Of a DNA stretch of 32,672 bases, positions 25,558 to 32,672 are shown one piece after another. Every line of letters starts with the position of its first letter. Within the stretch, counting starts at the first letter, position 1. The notes below the pieces were generated by a model that was given only the letters and a program-made list of their open reading frames with translations, did not search any database and was not told where the DNA came from. This stretch comes from an uncultured Desulfomonile sp. (GTDB taxonomy: Bacteria; Desulfobacterota; Desulfomonilia; Desulfomonilales; Desulfomonilaceae): NCBI GenBank assembly GCA_903920415.1, contig CAIXMD010000431.1, positions 1 through 32,672 of the forward strand, read 5' to 3'. Made by a program: the position numbers and the translations under genes.

Positions 25558-26400
25558 TTATCCATCTATCCTCGATGCCAGCTCTTCAACCATCTTTTTA
25601 TCAACAAGTTTGACGGTAATCTCCGGAATGTCACGAGCGGAATTGACGTGGAATACCGACACTGCAAACACATCGTTCATTCGAACAATCGCTGTCAAAT
25701 CCTTGATATATTTACTGATCCCAAAAAAGCTGAGAGGGAGGAGACACTTCACATGAAAGGGATTACTTAAAAAAACACCGTAAGGCTGCACTTTAAGCAC
25801 TGTACCTGTAAAAAGTTCTCCAATATCAGGCAGACGAACCGAAAACTCCTGCTCACTGCCTGCGAGAGCACCCTCAAAGCGCACCGGATCTCCCGGCCTT
25901 ACCTGCTCAATACGCTCTTTCAGAACTGCAATATCACAATAGGCTATACCCGGTTCGGCAAGCAGCTCCCTTGCGCTCAACCCCTGGGTGGAATAAACGA
26001 TAACCTCCTTACCCTTCGCTTTTAAAGCCCTGAGCAATGGAATAAAATCACTGTCTCCACTGAAAAGTATAAACGTATCGTACTGATCAGCATCAATCAA
26101 AGCATCCACGACAAGTTCCACATCGAGATTGCCTTTCATGACAATCACTCCTGTTTCCTTGTTGACAATCTTTTTGACAGATTTAGAGGTGATTCGAAAG
26201 CCATGTGCAGTGAGCACTCTCGTGAAAGCGGCACTTTCCTCCGAAACCGGTTCGGATGCAGGTACATAATAATTCGCCTTGACTGAAGCATACCCTGACA
26301 TAAAAAATGCCATCAAACGGGAAAAATCAATCTGCCACCCGAGATGACGCTGGGTAAAAAACAGGTTTGCCCCGTCAATAAAAACAGCCGCACGACCCAT
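25558..26400 (-). CDS. NYN (LabA/DUF88, PIN-like) domain protein with a C-terminal S1-like RNA-binding domain
   Basis: The N-terminus carries AAVFIDGANLFF and DVELVVDALIDADQYDTFILFSGDSDFIPLLRALKAKGKEVIVYS. The C-terminus carries GELFTGTVLKVQPYGVFL...CLLPLS...MNDVFAVSVFHVN...ITVKLVD, which fits an S1/OB pattern. Confidence 0.75.
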   Translation of the reverse strand: MGRAAVFIDGANLFFTQRHLGWQIDFSRLMAFFMSGYASVKANYYVPASEPVSEESAAFTRVLTAHGFRITSKSVKKIVNKETGVIVMKGNLDVELVVDALIDADQYDTFILFSGDSDFIPLLRALKAKGKEVIVYSTQGLSARELLAEPGIAYCDIAVLKERIEQVRPGDPVRFEGALAGSEQEFSVRLPDIGELFTGTVLKVQPYGVFLSNPFHVKCLLPLSFFGISKYIKDLTAIVRMNDVFAVSVFHVNSARDIPEITVKLVDKKMVEELASRIDG

Positions 26401-26479
26401 TTTGTCATTTCCCCTTATGATTAGCTATGCATCAAGACCTTACCCGGAAAAATAAACATCAGGCGGGCATTAACCATTC

Positions 26480-26500
26480 AATTCTCACCTCAAGAGAATT
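26480..26500 (-). terminator. short hairpin just downstream of the chelatase-like gene
   Basis: AATTCTC (26480-26486) pairs with GAGAATT (26494-26500) around a 7-nt loop. There is no clear U-run. Confidence 0.25.
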
Positions 26501-26503
26501 ATT

Positions 26504-27523
26504 TCATCTCAAGCTGATAATCTGCCTGGCTGCATCAGTAACCCTTGATGCCAGATAGCCGGTAAAAGCAGGGGTACAATTGAGACAAGGGATTGATTTC
26601 GCCTTTATGACTGATGAAGAGTTCATAAGCTCTCCTGCCCTGTGAATGGTTTCATTGCCATCGGCAAAATATCCGCAGCCAAACATGTCGACAACAACAG
26701 AAGCCTCTTCCTTGAGCATCGCAGATACCTCCTCAAATGAAGGTCTGGTCCACTCTCCGCCGACATTATGGTTAAGATAAACCGTCAGGATTCTTCCATA
26801 AGGATTCCTTGGATCGGCCAAAAGAGTCTCTTCAAGTCGCTGGGCAAACATCATGGTTTCTTCACAACCGGTACGGAAAAGTGGAGGATCGCCCTTTGCG
26901 TCCTTAACAAGGGTTCCATGAAAAAGAAGGAGCAGCACTCTCTCTGTATCCTTTACAACCTTCCGCCCGGGGTTCTGTTCAGAGCAATTCTCAAATAAAT
27001 AATCACAGTAGAGGGGGTAGAGCCTTTCATCACTCCAAAACCTGCTGATTACTTTTACCTTTCCAAGCTCCTCCTGACTTCGCGAGGCCGCCACATAAGA
27101 GCAGAGCTGACCACAGGATAGGCTGTTGTCAATGGGCGACATGGAAACAATCACCTCTCCATCGTATGCTCGTGTCTGTTCTATAACGTGCTCAACATAG
27201 GGCGGAGAGGCTGAAAAAGCAGCATATACATGGAAGTCGAATTGGGTGGCAGAGGGTAAATCGTCCAGAAGCTGCTGCAAAGCTCCAACCTGATCACGCG
27301 TTATACTGTTATGCGGTGAGGCCTCACTATTGGTACGGGAGCGAATGAGCTTTTTAAGGGATGATGTAACTGCTATTGTCAGTTGCAAAGCGCCGGGAAT
27401 CGGCATCACCTGGGAGGCATGGGCAAGCGTCTGACGGGTCACCCGGTAGTTTTCCAAAAACCGGGTTGTCTCAGCTTCTCCATGAGCCGCCAGAATAACA
27501 GCTATTTTCTTTTTGGGCTGCAT
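26504..27523 (-). CDS. ferrochelatase-family (class II chelatase) protein, divergent
   Basis: 339 aa. By eye it is collinear with ferrochelatase: SPHNSITRDQVGALQQLL, IVSMSPIDNSLSCG, LLLLFHGTL...GDPP (equivalent to the SAHSLP...GDPY block), VGGEWTRPSFEEV and FADGNETI. Several canonical residues are replaced. Confidence 0.55.
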   Translation of the reverse strand: MQPKKKIAVILAAHGEAETTRFLENYRVTRQTLAHASQVMPIPGALQLTIAVTSSLKKLIRSRTNSEASPHNSITRDQVGALQQLLDDLPSATQFDFHVYAAFSASPPYVEHVIEQTRAYDGEVIVSMSPIDNSLSCGQLCSYVAASRSQEELGKVKVISRFWSDERLYPLYCDYLFENCSEQNPGRKVVKDTERVLLLLFHGTLVKDAKGDPPLFRTGCEETMMFAQRLEETLLADPRNPYGRILTVYLNHNVGGEWTRPSFEEVSAMLKEEASVVVDMFGCGYFADGNETIHRAGELMNSSSVIKAKSIPCLNCTPAFTGYLASRVTDAARQIISLR

Positions 27524-27538
27524 GAACCATAAAGGTAA

Positions 27539-28621
27539 TCAGGACTTTCGAGGAGCGATAATCTTTACATCCAGACCTTCATGTAAACTCTTATCAGGAA
27601 GCAGTGCAATTTTATCCCCTTTTTTAAGTCCCTGCAGCACCTCAATAAATGTCATATCACTGGCACCTTGGCGAATAAGCTGTTTTTTCAATCGTCCATT
27701 GTCAATTTTCCAGACATAGCTCTGATGGTTTTCCTCAAACACAGAACTTTTTCTTACAAGCAGAGCGTGCTGCTTGGTATTGTATATAATATTTGCAGTA
27801 GCAGTCATGCCGGCCTGGATATTGCCCACCGGTTTTGCAAAAGTCAAATAAATTTTGGATGTCTTGGTTATCTTGTCTGTCTGGGGCACGATACGGGAGA
27901 CAACTGCCGAGAGGCGTTTATCAGGATAGGCGTCAAAAGCAACCGTTGCCGCCTGACCATTACGAATCTTCGGAACATCAAGTTCATCAACCTCTACACT
28001 CACCAGATAACTCGATGTATCAACAACTCTTGCCACAAGAGTATTGAGTGTGACATAATCACCCTCCTTGACGTTCTGTAACGTTAACGTACCGGCAAAA
28101 GGAGCCCTGACCGTCAGTTTTTTCAGATCATCCTCACGCATCTTTACCATAAACTCTTTCTGCTGAAGCAACTCTTCTGCCTGAATGCGGTTTTTTTCGG
28201 CATCATCAACTTCCTGACGGGAGATCGCCCCTTCCTTGTAAAGGTTTTTCTTTCTGATACTTTGCAGAGAGTTATCCTTCATCAGTGCCTGCTGTTCAGC
28301 AAAGGCCGCCTTTGCCTGACGAACGGCAAGCTGGGGATTAGGACTGTTGATTTCAAGGACTTTCTGGCCGGCAGTGACTTTCTGACCTTCGAGCGCCCCG
28401 ACATAACTTACTGTGCCTGAATATTCCGCACTGAGGTTGGCAACAGCATCCGCCTCAACAAACCCCGTACCATAGATGGCCTGAACGAGTTCAGCATACG
28501 TGACCTCTCCAGCCTCAATATTGACACTATTACCTTTGGTTATCAGAAAAACAACAGTTGCAACAAAAACGACTGCAAGAGCGATGGAATATTTTGGAAG
28601 AAATTTCTGTAGGGACTTCAT
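27539..28621 (-). CDS. efflux transporter periplasmic adaptor (membrane fusion protein, HlyD/RND-MFP family)
   Basis: An N-terminal TM anchor is present (IALAVVFVATVVFLI). Lipoyl-like halves (YSGTVSYV / APFAGTLTL) flank a coiled-coil hairpin, followed by beta-barrel and membrane-proximal domains. Confidence 0.85.
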   Translation of the reverse strand: MKSLQKFLPKYSIALAVVFVATVVFLITKGNSVNIEAGEVTYAELVQAIYGTGFVEADAVANLSAEYSGTVSYVGALEGQKVTAGQKVLEINSPNPQLAVRQAKAAFAEQQALMKDNSLQSIRKKNLYKEGAISRQEVDDAEKNRIQAEELLQQKEFMVKMREDDLKKLTVRAPFAGTLTLQNVKEGDYVTLNTLVARVVDTSSYLVSVEVDELDVPKIRNGQAATVAFDAYPDKRLSAVVSRIVPQTDKITKTSKIYLTFAKPVGNIQAGMTATANIIYNTKQHALLVRKSSVFEENHQSYVWKIDNGRLKKQLIRQGASDMTFIEVLQGLKKGDKIALLPDKSLHEGLDVKIIAPRKS

Positions 28622-28787
28622 TGGTACTGTTATTATGAATTCGGCTTCAGGAAGTTACATGTTTTGAACTTTTTATCCATTCAGACCTTGGTTTTTCCAT
28701 AATTTTATCAATCTTTAAACACATTTTTCTTTCCCCGAGATGCAATACCGGGATTATTGCATTAAAAACACTTAATCTACACCTTCA

Positions 28788-29201
28788 ATGGGCGATAATC
28801 AAGGTTTACAGAAAAGCTTTCTTGAAACGGTAAAGTTTGACGATAAAGGACTGGTGCCGGCAATTGTCCAGGACCATGAAACAGGAAAAGTCCTGATGAT
28901 GGCATGGATGAACCGCGAAAGCCTTCAAATGACACTGGACAAAAAGAAAGCCTGTTACTGGAGCCGTAGCCGTAAAGAACTCTGGCTGAAAGGTGAATCA
29001 TCCGGCAACATGCAGTCGGTTCATGAGATTCTGATTGACTGCGATGGCGATACACTGCTCTTGAAAGTCTCCCAGATTGGCGGTGCATGCCACGTGGGGT
29101 ATCACTCCTGCTTTTATCGCAGAGCTAAAGATGATACAACCATGGAAATCTGTGATACCTTGATGTTTAACCCGGAAGATGTTTATGGCAAAAAAAGTTG
29201 A
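28788..29201 (+). CDS. hisI: phosphoribosyl-AMP cyclohydrolase
   Basis: [43 protein letters not shown] and [11 protein letters not shown] are present. There is no fused HisE domain. Confidence 0.9.
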   Translation: MGDNQGLQKSFLETVKFDDKGLVPAIVQDHETGKVLMMAWMNRESLQMTLDKKKACYWSRSRKELWLKGESSGNMQSVHEILIDCDGDTLLLKVSQIGGACHVGYHSCFYRRAKDDTTMEICDTLMFNPEDVYGKKS

Positions 29202-29934
29202 CATGGCAGTAAGTCAATCAAAAGAGAGCGCTAAATCCCTCAACCAGACCAAATCCAGAGCCTCGATTAAGCGAATGTTTGATGAGGTTGCACCAACGTA
29301 TGATTTTTTAAATCATCTGTTGAGTCTGGGAATAGATAATTACTGGCGGGCCAAGGCCACAAGCAGGGCAAAAAAACTTCTTGAGAAAAATCCTGCGCCC
29401 CGGATTCTTGATGTCGCTACCGGCACTGGTGACCTGGCGGACTCTATGGCAAAAATATCAGGGGCAAAGGTTACTGCGCTTGACCTTTCGCCTGAAATGC
29501 TTGCCATTGCCCGAAAAAAGTACCCGCAGATCACTTTTCTGGAAGGATATGCTGAAAAGCTGCCCTTTAAGGATGCAAGTTTCGATATTGTCAGTGCAGG
29601 GTTTGGCGTAAGAAATTTTGAAGACCTTGAAAAGGGAATGCGGGAGTTCCACCGTGTCCTGAAACCGGGTGGCTATGCCTTCATTATTGAGCCGATGATA
29701 CCGCGCAATGAGGTAATGAAAAAACTCTACCTGATCTATTTTAAAAATGTGCTGCCTAAAATCGCAGGATTGTTCAGCAAATCCAGTTTTGCCTATGACT
29801 ACCTGCCACACTCTGTTGAAAAGTTTCCTCAGACCACTGCATTTACTGCTATTTTGAAAAAAAGCGGATTCAAAACGGCTGAATTTTTTCCGATGACATT
29901 TGAGACATCAATTCTCTATATAGCGCAGAAGTAA
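29179..29934 (+). CDS. menG: demethylmenaquinone/ubiquinone-family C-methyltransferase
   Basis: [25 protein letters not shown] and motif [13 protein letters not shown] are present, plus FGVRNFEDL. The start is ambiguous (ATG at 29179, 29185 or 29203). The first two overlap the hisI 3' end. Confidence 0.85.
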   Translation: MFMAKKVDMAVSQSKESAKSLNQTKSRASIKRMFDEVAPTYDFLNHLLSLGIDNYWRAKATSRAKKLLEKNPAPRILDVATGTGDLADSMAKISGAKVTALDLSPEMLAIARKKYPQITFLEGYAEKLPFKDASFDIVSAGFGVRNFEDLEKGMREFHRVLKPGGYAFIIEPMIPRNEVMKKLYLIYFKNVLPKIAGLFSKSSFAYDYLPHSVEKFPQTTAFTAILKKSGFKTAEFFPMTFETSILYIAQK

Positions 29935-29959
29935 ACAGGGATATCAGGAGACTAACGTT

Positions 29960-29990
29960 GTGCACTGGCTGGTGTAAAACCAGCCTGCAC
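29960..29990. terminator. stem-loop between the convergent menG and LOG-family genes
   Basis: GTGCACTGGCTGGT (29960-29973) pairs with ACCAGCCTGCAC (29979-29990). The inner stem is 7 bp and the outer stem 5 bp, with a 2-nt bulge. There is no T-run on either strand. Confidence 0.35.
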
Positions 29991-29995
29991 AGCAC

Positions 29996-30661
29996 TTAAT
30001 CCTTGAACATGTTTTTCAAATCTGCTGCATGCTCACCATCTTTCGCCTCCTCTAACACTTTCCGGTATTTTGAAAAATTCTTGCATGCATGCGCCACCTT
30101 TAGACGGTCGGCATGAATTTGTTTGATAAGCTCCACTGCCTGTACCGGCTCAGTCACATGGAAAATCATGTGCATATCGCTTTTGTTGAAAAGCTTCCGC
30201 TCCATCACCTCGTTTTCAAGCCATACAAGCAGATTGGCCCAGATTTCACCATACAGAATGATCGGCGTTTCGCAGATATGCTCAACCTGTATTAGCTGCC
30301 ATGCGTAAAACAGTTCAAGCAGGGTTCCTATTCCTCCAGGAGCCACAACCACCGCGTCAGACAGTGCCATAAAGGTATCAAGGCGGTTACTGAAAAGGCT
30401 GAACTCCTCTTTGATATCGAGAAAGTCGTTTGGATTCTGCTCTCTGGGAATTCTGATGTTCAGGCCGATTGAGCGGCTTGCGGAGTGCGCACTTTTGGTT
30501 CCGGCATTAGCGGCCTGCATCAATCCGGGGCCACCGCCTGTCACAATATCAAACCCCGACTCAGCAAGACCTCTGGCTATTTCAAAAACATCCTTGTAAT
30601 CCTGATCTCCTTCATGAATCCTTGCAGATCCGAATATTGCAACCCTGTAGTGAAGATCCAT
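29996..30661 (-). CDS. LOG-family (TIGR00730) nucleotide 5'-monophosphate phosphoribohydrolase
   Basis: [13 protein letters not shown] and the PGGIGTLLE motif are present. Confidence 0.85.
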   Translation of the reverse strand: MDLHYRVAIFGSARIHEGDQDYKDVFEIARGLAESGFDIVTGGGPGLMQAANAGTKSAHSASRSIGLNIRIPREQNPNDFLDIKEEFSLFSNRLDTFMALSDAVVVAPGGIGTLLELFYAWQLIQVEHICETPIILYGEIWANLLVWLENEVMERKLFNKSDMHMIFHVTEPVQAVELIKQIHADRLKVAHACKNFSKYRKVLEEAKDGEHAADLKNMFKD

Positions 30662-30706
30662 TGTGCGTCCTGTTGAATAATATAGTGATGACCCTTTCCT
30701 TCAATC

Positions 30707-32672
30707 TTAAAGCATTCCTTCAAACTCTTCCTCTGTCACTACCCTGACGCCAAGCTTCAAGGCTTTATCAAGCTTGCTGCCCGGTTCACGGCCGGCAACA
30801 ACCAGACCGGTTTTTTTACTGACCGAACCAACCACCCGTCCACCACGCTCCAGCACCAGTTCCGAGGCTTTCTGACGATCATGGCGCTCAAGACCTCCAG
30901 TAAAAAGAACACTGATTCCCTCAAAATTTCGGTTAACCTGCTCTTTAGGCTCCGAAGCACATAGTGGCAAACCGGCTCTTTCAAGCTTTTCAATGAACTC
31001 AGGTGATGAATGTTTTGAAAAGAAATCGCAGATACTCCTGGCAACCACCGGCCCGATATCAGGCACCGTTGCAAGCTCCTCTTCAGTTGCCAGCCTGAGC
31101 ATAGAGAGTGAAGGATAAGCGCTCGCCAGTTCCCGGGCCGTTGCACGACCCACATGGCGGATACCAAGCGCGTAAAGCAACCGCTCATAACTTTTTTCTC
31201 GGCTCTCATCAAGAGCACGCACCAGATTTTGTGCTGATTTCGGGCCCATTCTTTCAAGCCTTTCGAGCTGCGGCTCCTGCAACAGATAAAGATCACCAAC
31301 ATCACCCACCAGCTTCAGCTCAACAAGCTGTTCAACCAGCGCTTTCCCAAGGGTCTTGATATCCATGGCATCACGCGAAGCAAAGTGCAGCAGCCTTCCC
31401 CTGATCTGGGCAGGGCACTCTTCCTCATTCGGGCAGTAGTAACTCACCTCTCCCTCCGGCTTTTCGAGAGAAGAGCCACACTCAGGGCACACAGAAGGCA
31501 CCCTCACCGCTTCAGCATCGGAAGGGCGCTCATCAAGCACAACACTGATCACCTTTGGAATCACCTCGCCTGACTTTTCAATGATCACACGGTCATGCAG
31601 CATGATTCCAAGGCGCTCGATCTCATCAAAATTATGGAGGGTAGAACGCGAAACCGTTGAGCCGGCGAGCAACACCGGTTCAAGCTCTGCCACCGGGGTG
31701 ATGGTGCCAAGCCGACCAACCTGAAATACAACAGCATGCAGCACCGTTTTAGCCTGCTGCGCGGGATATTTGTAAGCTATTGCCCATCGTGGGCTTTTAG
31801 CCGTGGCACCAAGTTTTTCCCAAAATCGGGCATCGTTGAGCTTCAATACCACACCGTCAGTTTCGTAGGGAAGCTTCCAGCGCTTTTCGTCCCACTCTTG
31901 TATAAAGTCACTTATATCCTGTAGTTCATGGCACAAGCAGTAGTGACCACCGGTATAAAATTTGAGCTTTTCGAGCTGGCGGAGTCTCTGGAATTGCGAC
32001 ACCGCATCATCATCATATCCTTTCAGGTAGTAGGCGACAAAACTCATGTTGCGTCGGGCAACTTCAGAGGAGTCCTGGAGTTTGAGCGACCCCGCGGTTG
32101 CATTGCGGGGATTGGCAAACCGGTCTTCTTCAGGACGGCTCTCATTCAGCTGCTCGAAATCCTCCTTGCGCATAAACACTTCGCCGCGCACTTCAACCTC
32201 GCTCTCTTCACCTTGAGCAAAGAGGCTGCCGAAATCAGGCAACCGCAGGGGTATAGACTGGATGGTTTTAATATTTGCGGTGATATCGTCACCCTGAACG
32301 CCATCGCCCCTTGTTGCACCGCGGACCAGAATCCCCTTGCGATAGATCAGGCTTATGGCAACGCCGTCGAACTTCAGTTCAGCAACCATCTCCTGCACGT
32401 GGACACCTTCAAGCAGAAGAAGCTTTCTTACTCGATTGTAAAACTCCTCAAGGTCACCCAGAGAGTAGGTATTCGAAAGGCTCAGCATTGGGTCACGATG
32501 CTGCACAGTTGGAAATACTCTGGTAATCGTGCCGCCAACCCTCTGAGACGGGCTGTCAGGAGAAACTAAATCTGGAAACTGATGTTCAAGTGCAATGAGC
32601 TTTTCAAGCAGTTTGTCAAAGTCGTAATCGGAGAGTTCAGGCTTTGCATCAACGTAATAGAGATGGTTGTGA
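30707..32672 (-). CDS. ligA: NAD-dependent DNA ligase, 5' end truncated by the window edge
   Basis: The frame stays open upstream of the ORF-track Met to the window edge ([22 protein letters not shown]...). The adenylation site is [12 protein letters not shown] Zn finger (CPECGSSL...[12 protein letters not shown]), HhH repeats and a BRCT tail ([17 protein letters not shown]) follow. Confidence 0.95.
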   Translation of the reverse strand, partial: HNHLYYVDAKPELSDYDFDKLLEKLIALEHQFPDLVSPDSPSQRVGGTITRVFPTVQHRDPMLSLSNTYSLGDLEEFYNRVRKLLLLEGVHVQEMVAELKFDGVAISLIYRKGILVRGATRGDGVQGDDITANIKTIQSIPLRLPDFGSLFAQGEESEVEVRGEVFMRKEDFEQLNESRPEEDRFANPRNATAGSLKLQDSSEVARRNMSFVAYYLKGYDDDAVSQFQRLRQLEKLKFYTGGHYCLCHELQDISDFIQEWDEKRWKLPYETDGVVLKLNDARFWEKLGATAKSPRWAIAYKYPAQQAKTVLHAVVFQVGRLGTITPVAELEPVLLAGSTVSRSTLHNFDEIERLGIMLHDRVIIEKSGEVIPKVISVVLDERPSDAEAVRVPSVCPECGSSLEKPEGEVSYYCPNEEECPAQIRGRLLHFASRDAMDIKTLGKALVEQLVELKLVGDVGDLYLLQEPQLERLERMGPKSAQNLVRALDESREKSYERLLYALGIRHVGRATARELASAYPSLSMLRLATEEELATVPDIGPVVARSICDFFSKHSSPEFIEKLERAGLPLCASEPKEQVNRNFEGISVLFTGGLERHDRQKASELVLERGGRVVGSVSKKTGLVVAGREPGSKLDKALKLGVRVVTEEEFEGML

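Noticed and set aside
28740-28762. 8-bp hairpin ATGCAATA/TATTGCAT 26 nt upstream of hisI
   Set aside because: It is a short AT-rich stem with no associated conserved riboswitch or attenuator features (no leader peptide with His codons was seen).
30757-31305. 182-aa same-strand alternative-frame ORF inside ligA
   Set aside because: It is an out-of-frame overlap with a well-supported ligA reading frame, and its sequence looks non-protein-like.
1-32672. Whole-window check for a mobile genetic island or a known defence system
   Set aside because: I recognised no integrase, transposase, recombinase, tRNA attachment site, restriction-modification gene, toxin-antitoxin pair, cas gene or phage gene. 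The genes are predominantly core housekeeping genes in tight operons.

Overview
The window reads as a mostly housekeeping chromosomal segment. Gene content and protein sequences look like a green sulfur bacterium (Chlorobiaceae-like: BchE-family radical SAM enzyme, NfnAB/SudAB-type oxidoreductase, polyprenol-kinase-like protein). That assignment is my recognition only and was not checked by any search. I support about 30 protein-coding genes: smc, a HAD hydrolase, nusB, nth, folP, an M50 site-2 protease, a PabB-PabC fusion, ppx/gppA, sua5/tsaC, rluB, scpB, hisA, hisH, hisI, menG/ubiE, a LOG-family protein and ligA (5' end runs off the right edge). The rest are less well defined genes. Several neighbours are translationally coupled: M50/folP and scpB/rluB share ATGA overlaps, and ppx/pabBC are 1 nt apart or overlapping. 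I found no rRNA, tRNA, CRISPR array, transposase, integrase or recognisable defence or toxin gene. I therefore cannot show a complete new multi-gene system here. Six things are worth a second look. (1) A MITE/REP-like family built from GTGCTGAG/GGCCGAG units has two full intergenic copies, with long inverted arms and a conserved 39-40 nt hairpin core. Two arm-only copies lie in frame inside a 699-aa ORF. (2) That ORF encodes a signal peptide, a ComEA-type helix-hairpin-helix module and a large beta-rich domain. It also carries a perfect 24-bp tandem duplication. (3) A cobalamin-type radical SAM enzyme with an unexplained ~150-aa C-terminal extension is transcribed divergently from a class I methyltransferase, next to an AT-rich gap. 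(4) One protein fuses a NYN nuclease domain to an S1-like domain. (5) An efflux adaptor gene with no pump gene nearby sits 15 bp upstream of a divergent ferrochelatase-like gene. (6) Four tandem 9-mers (ATAGGACCT) with dyad symmetry lie at the pabBC stop codon. All coordinates and motifs were read by eye from the sequence. Family assignments rest on motif recognition, not on searches.
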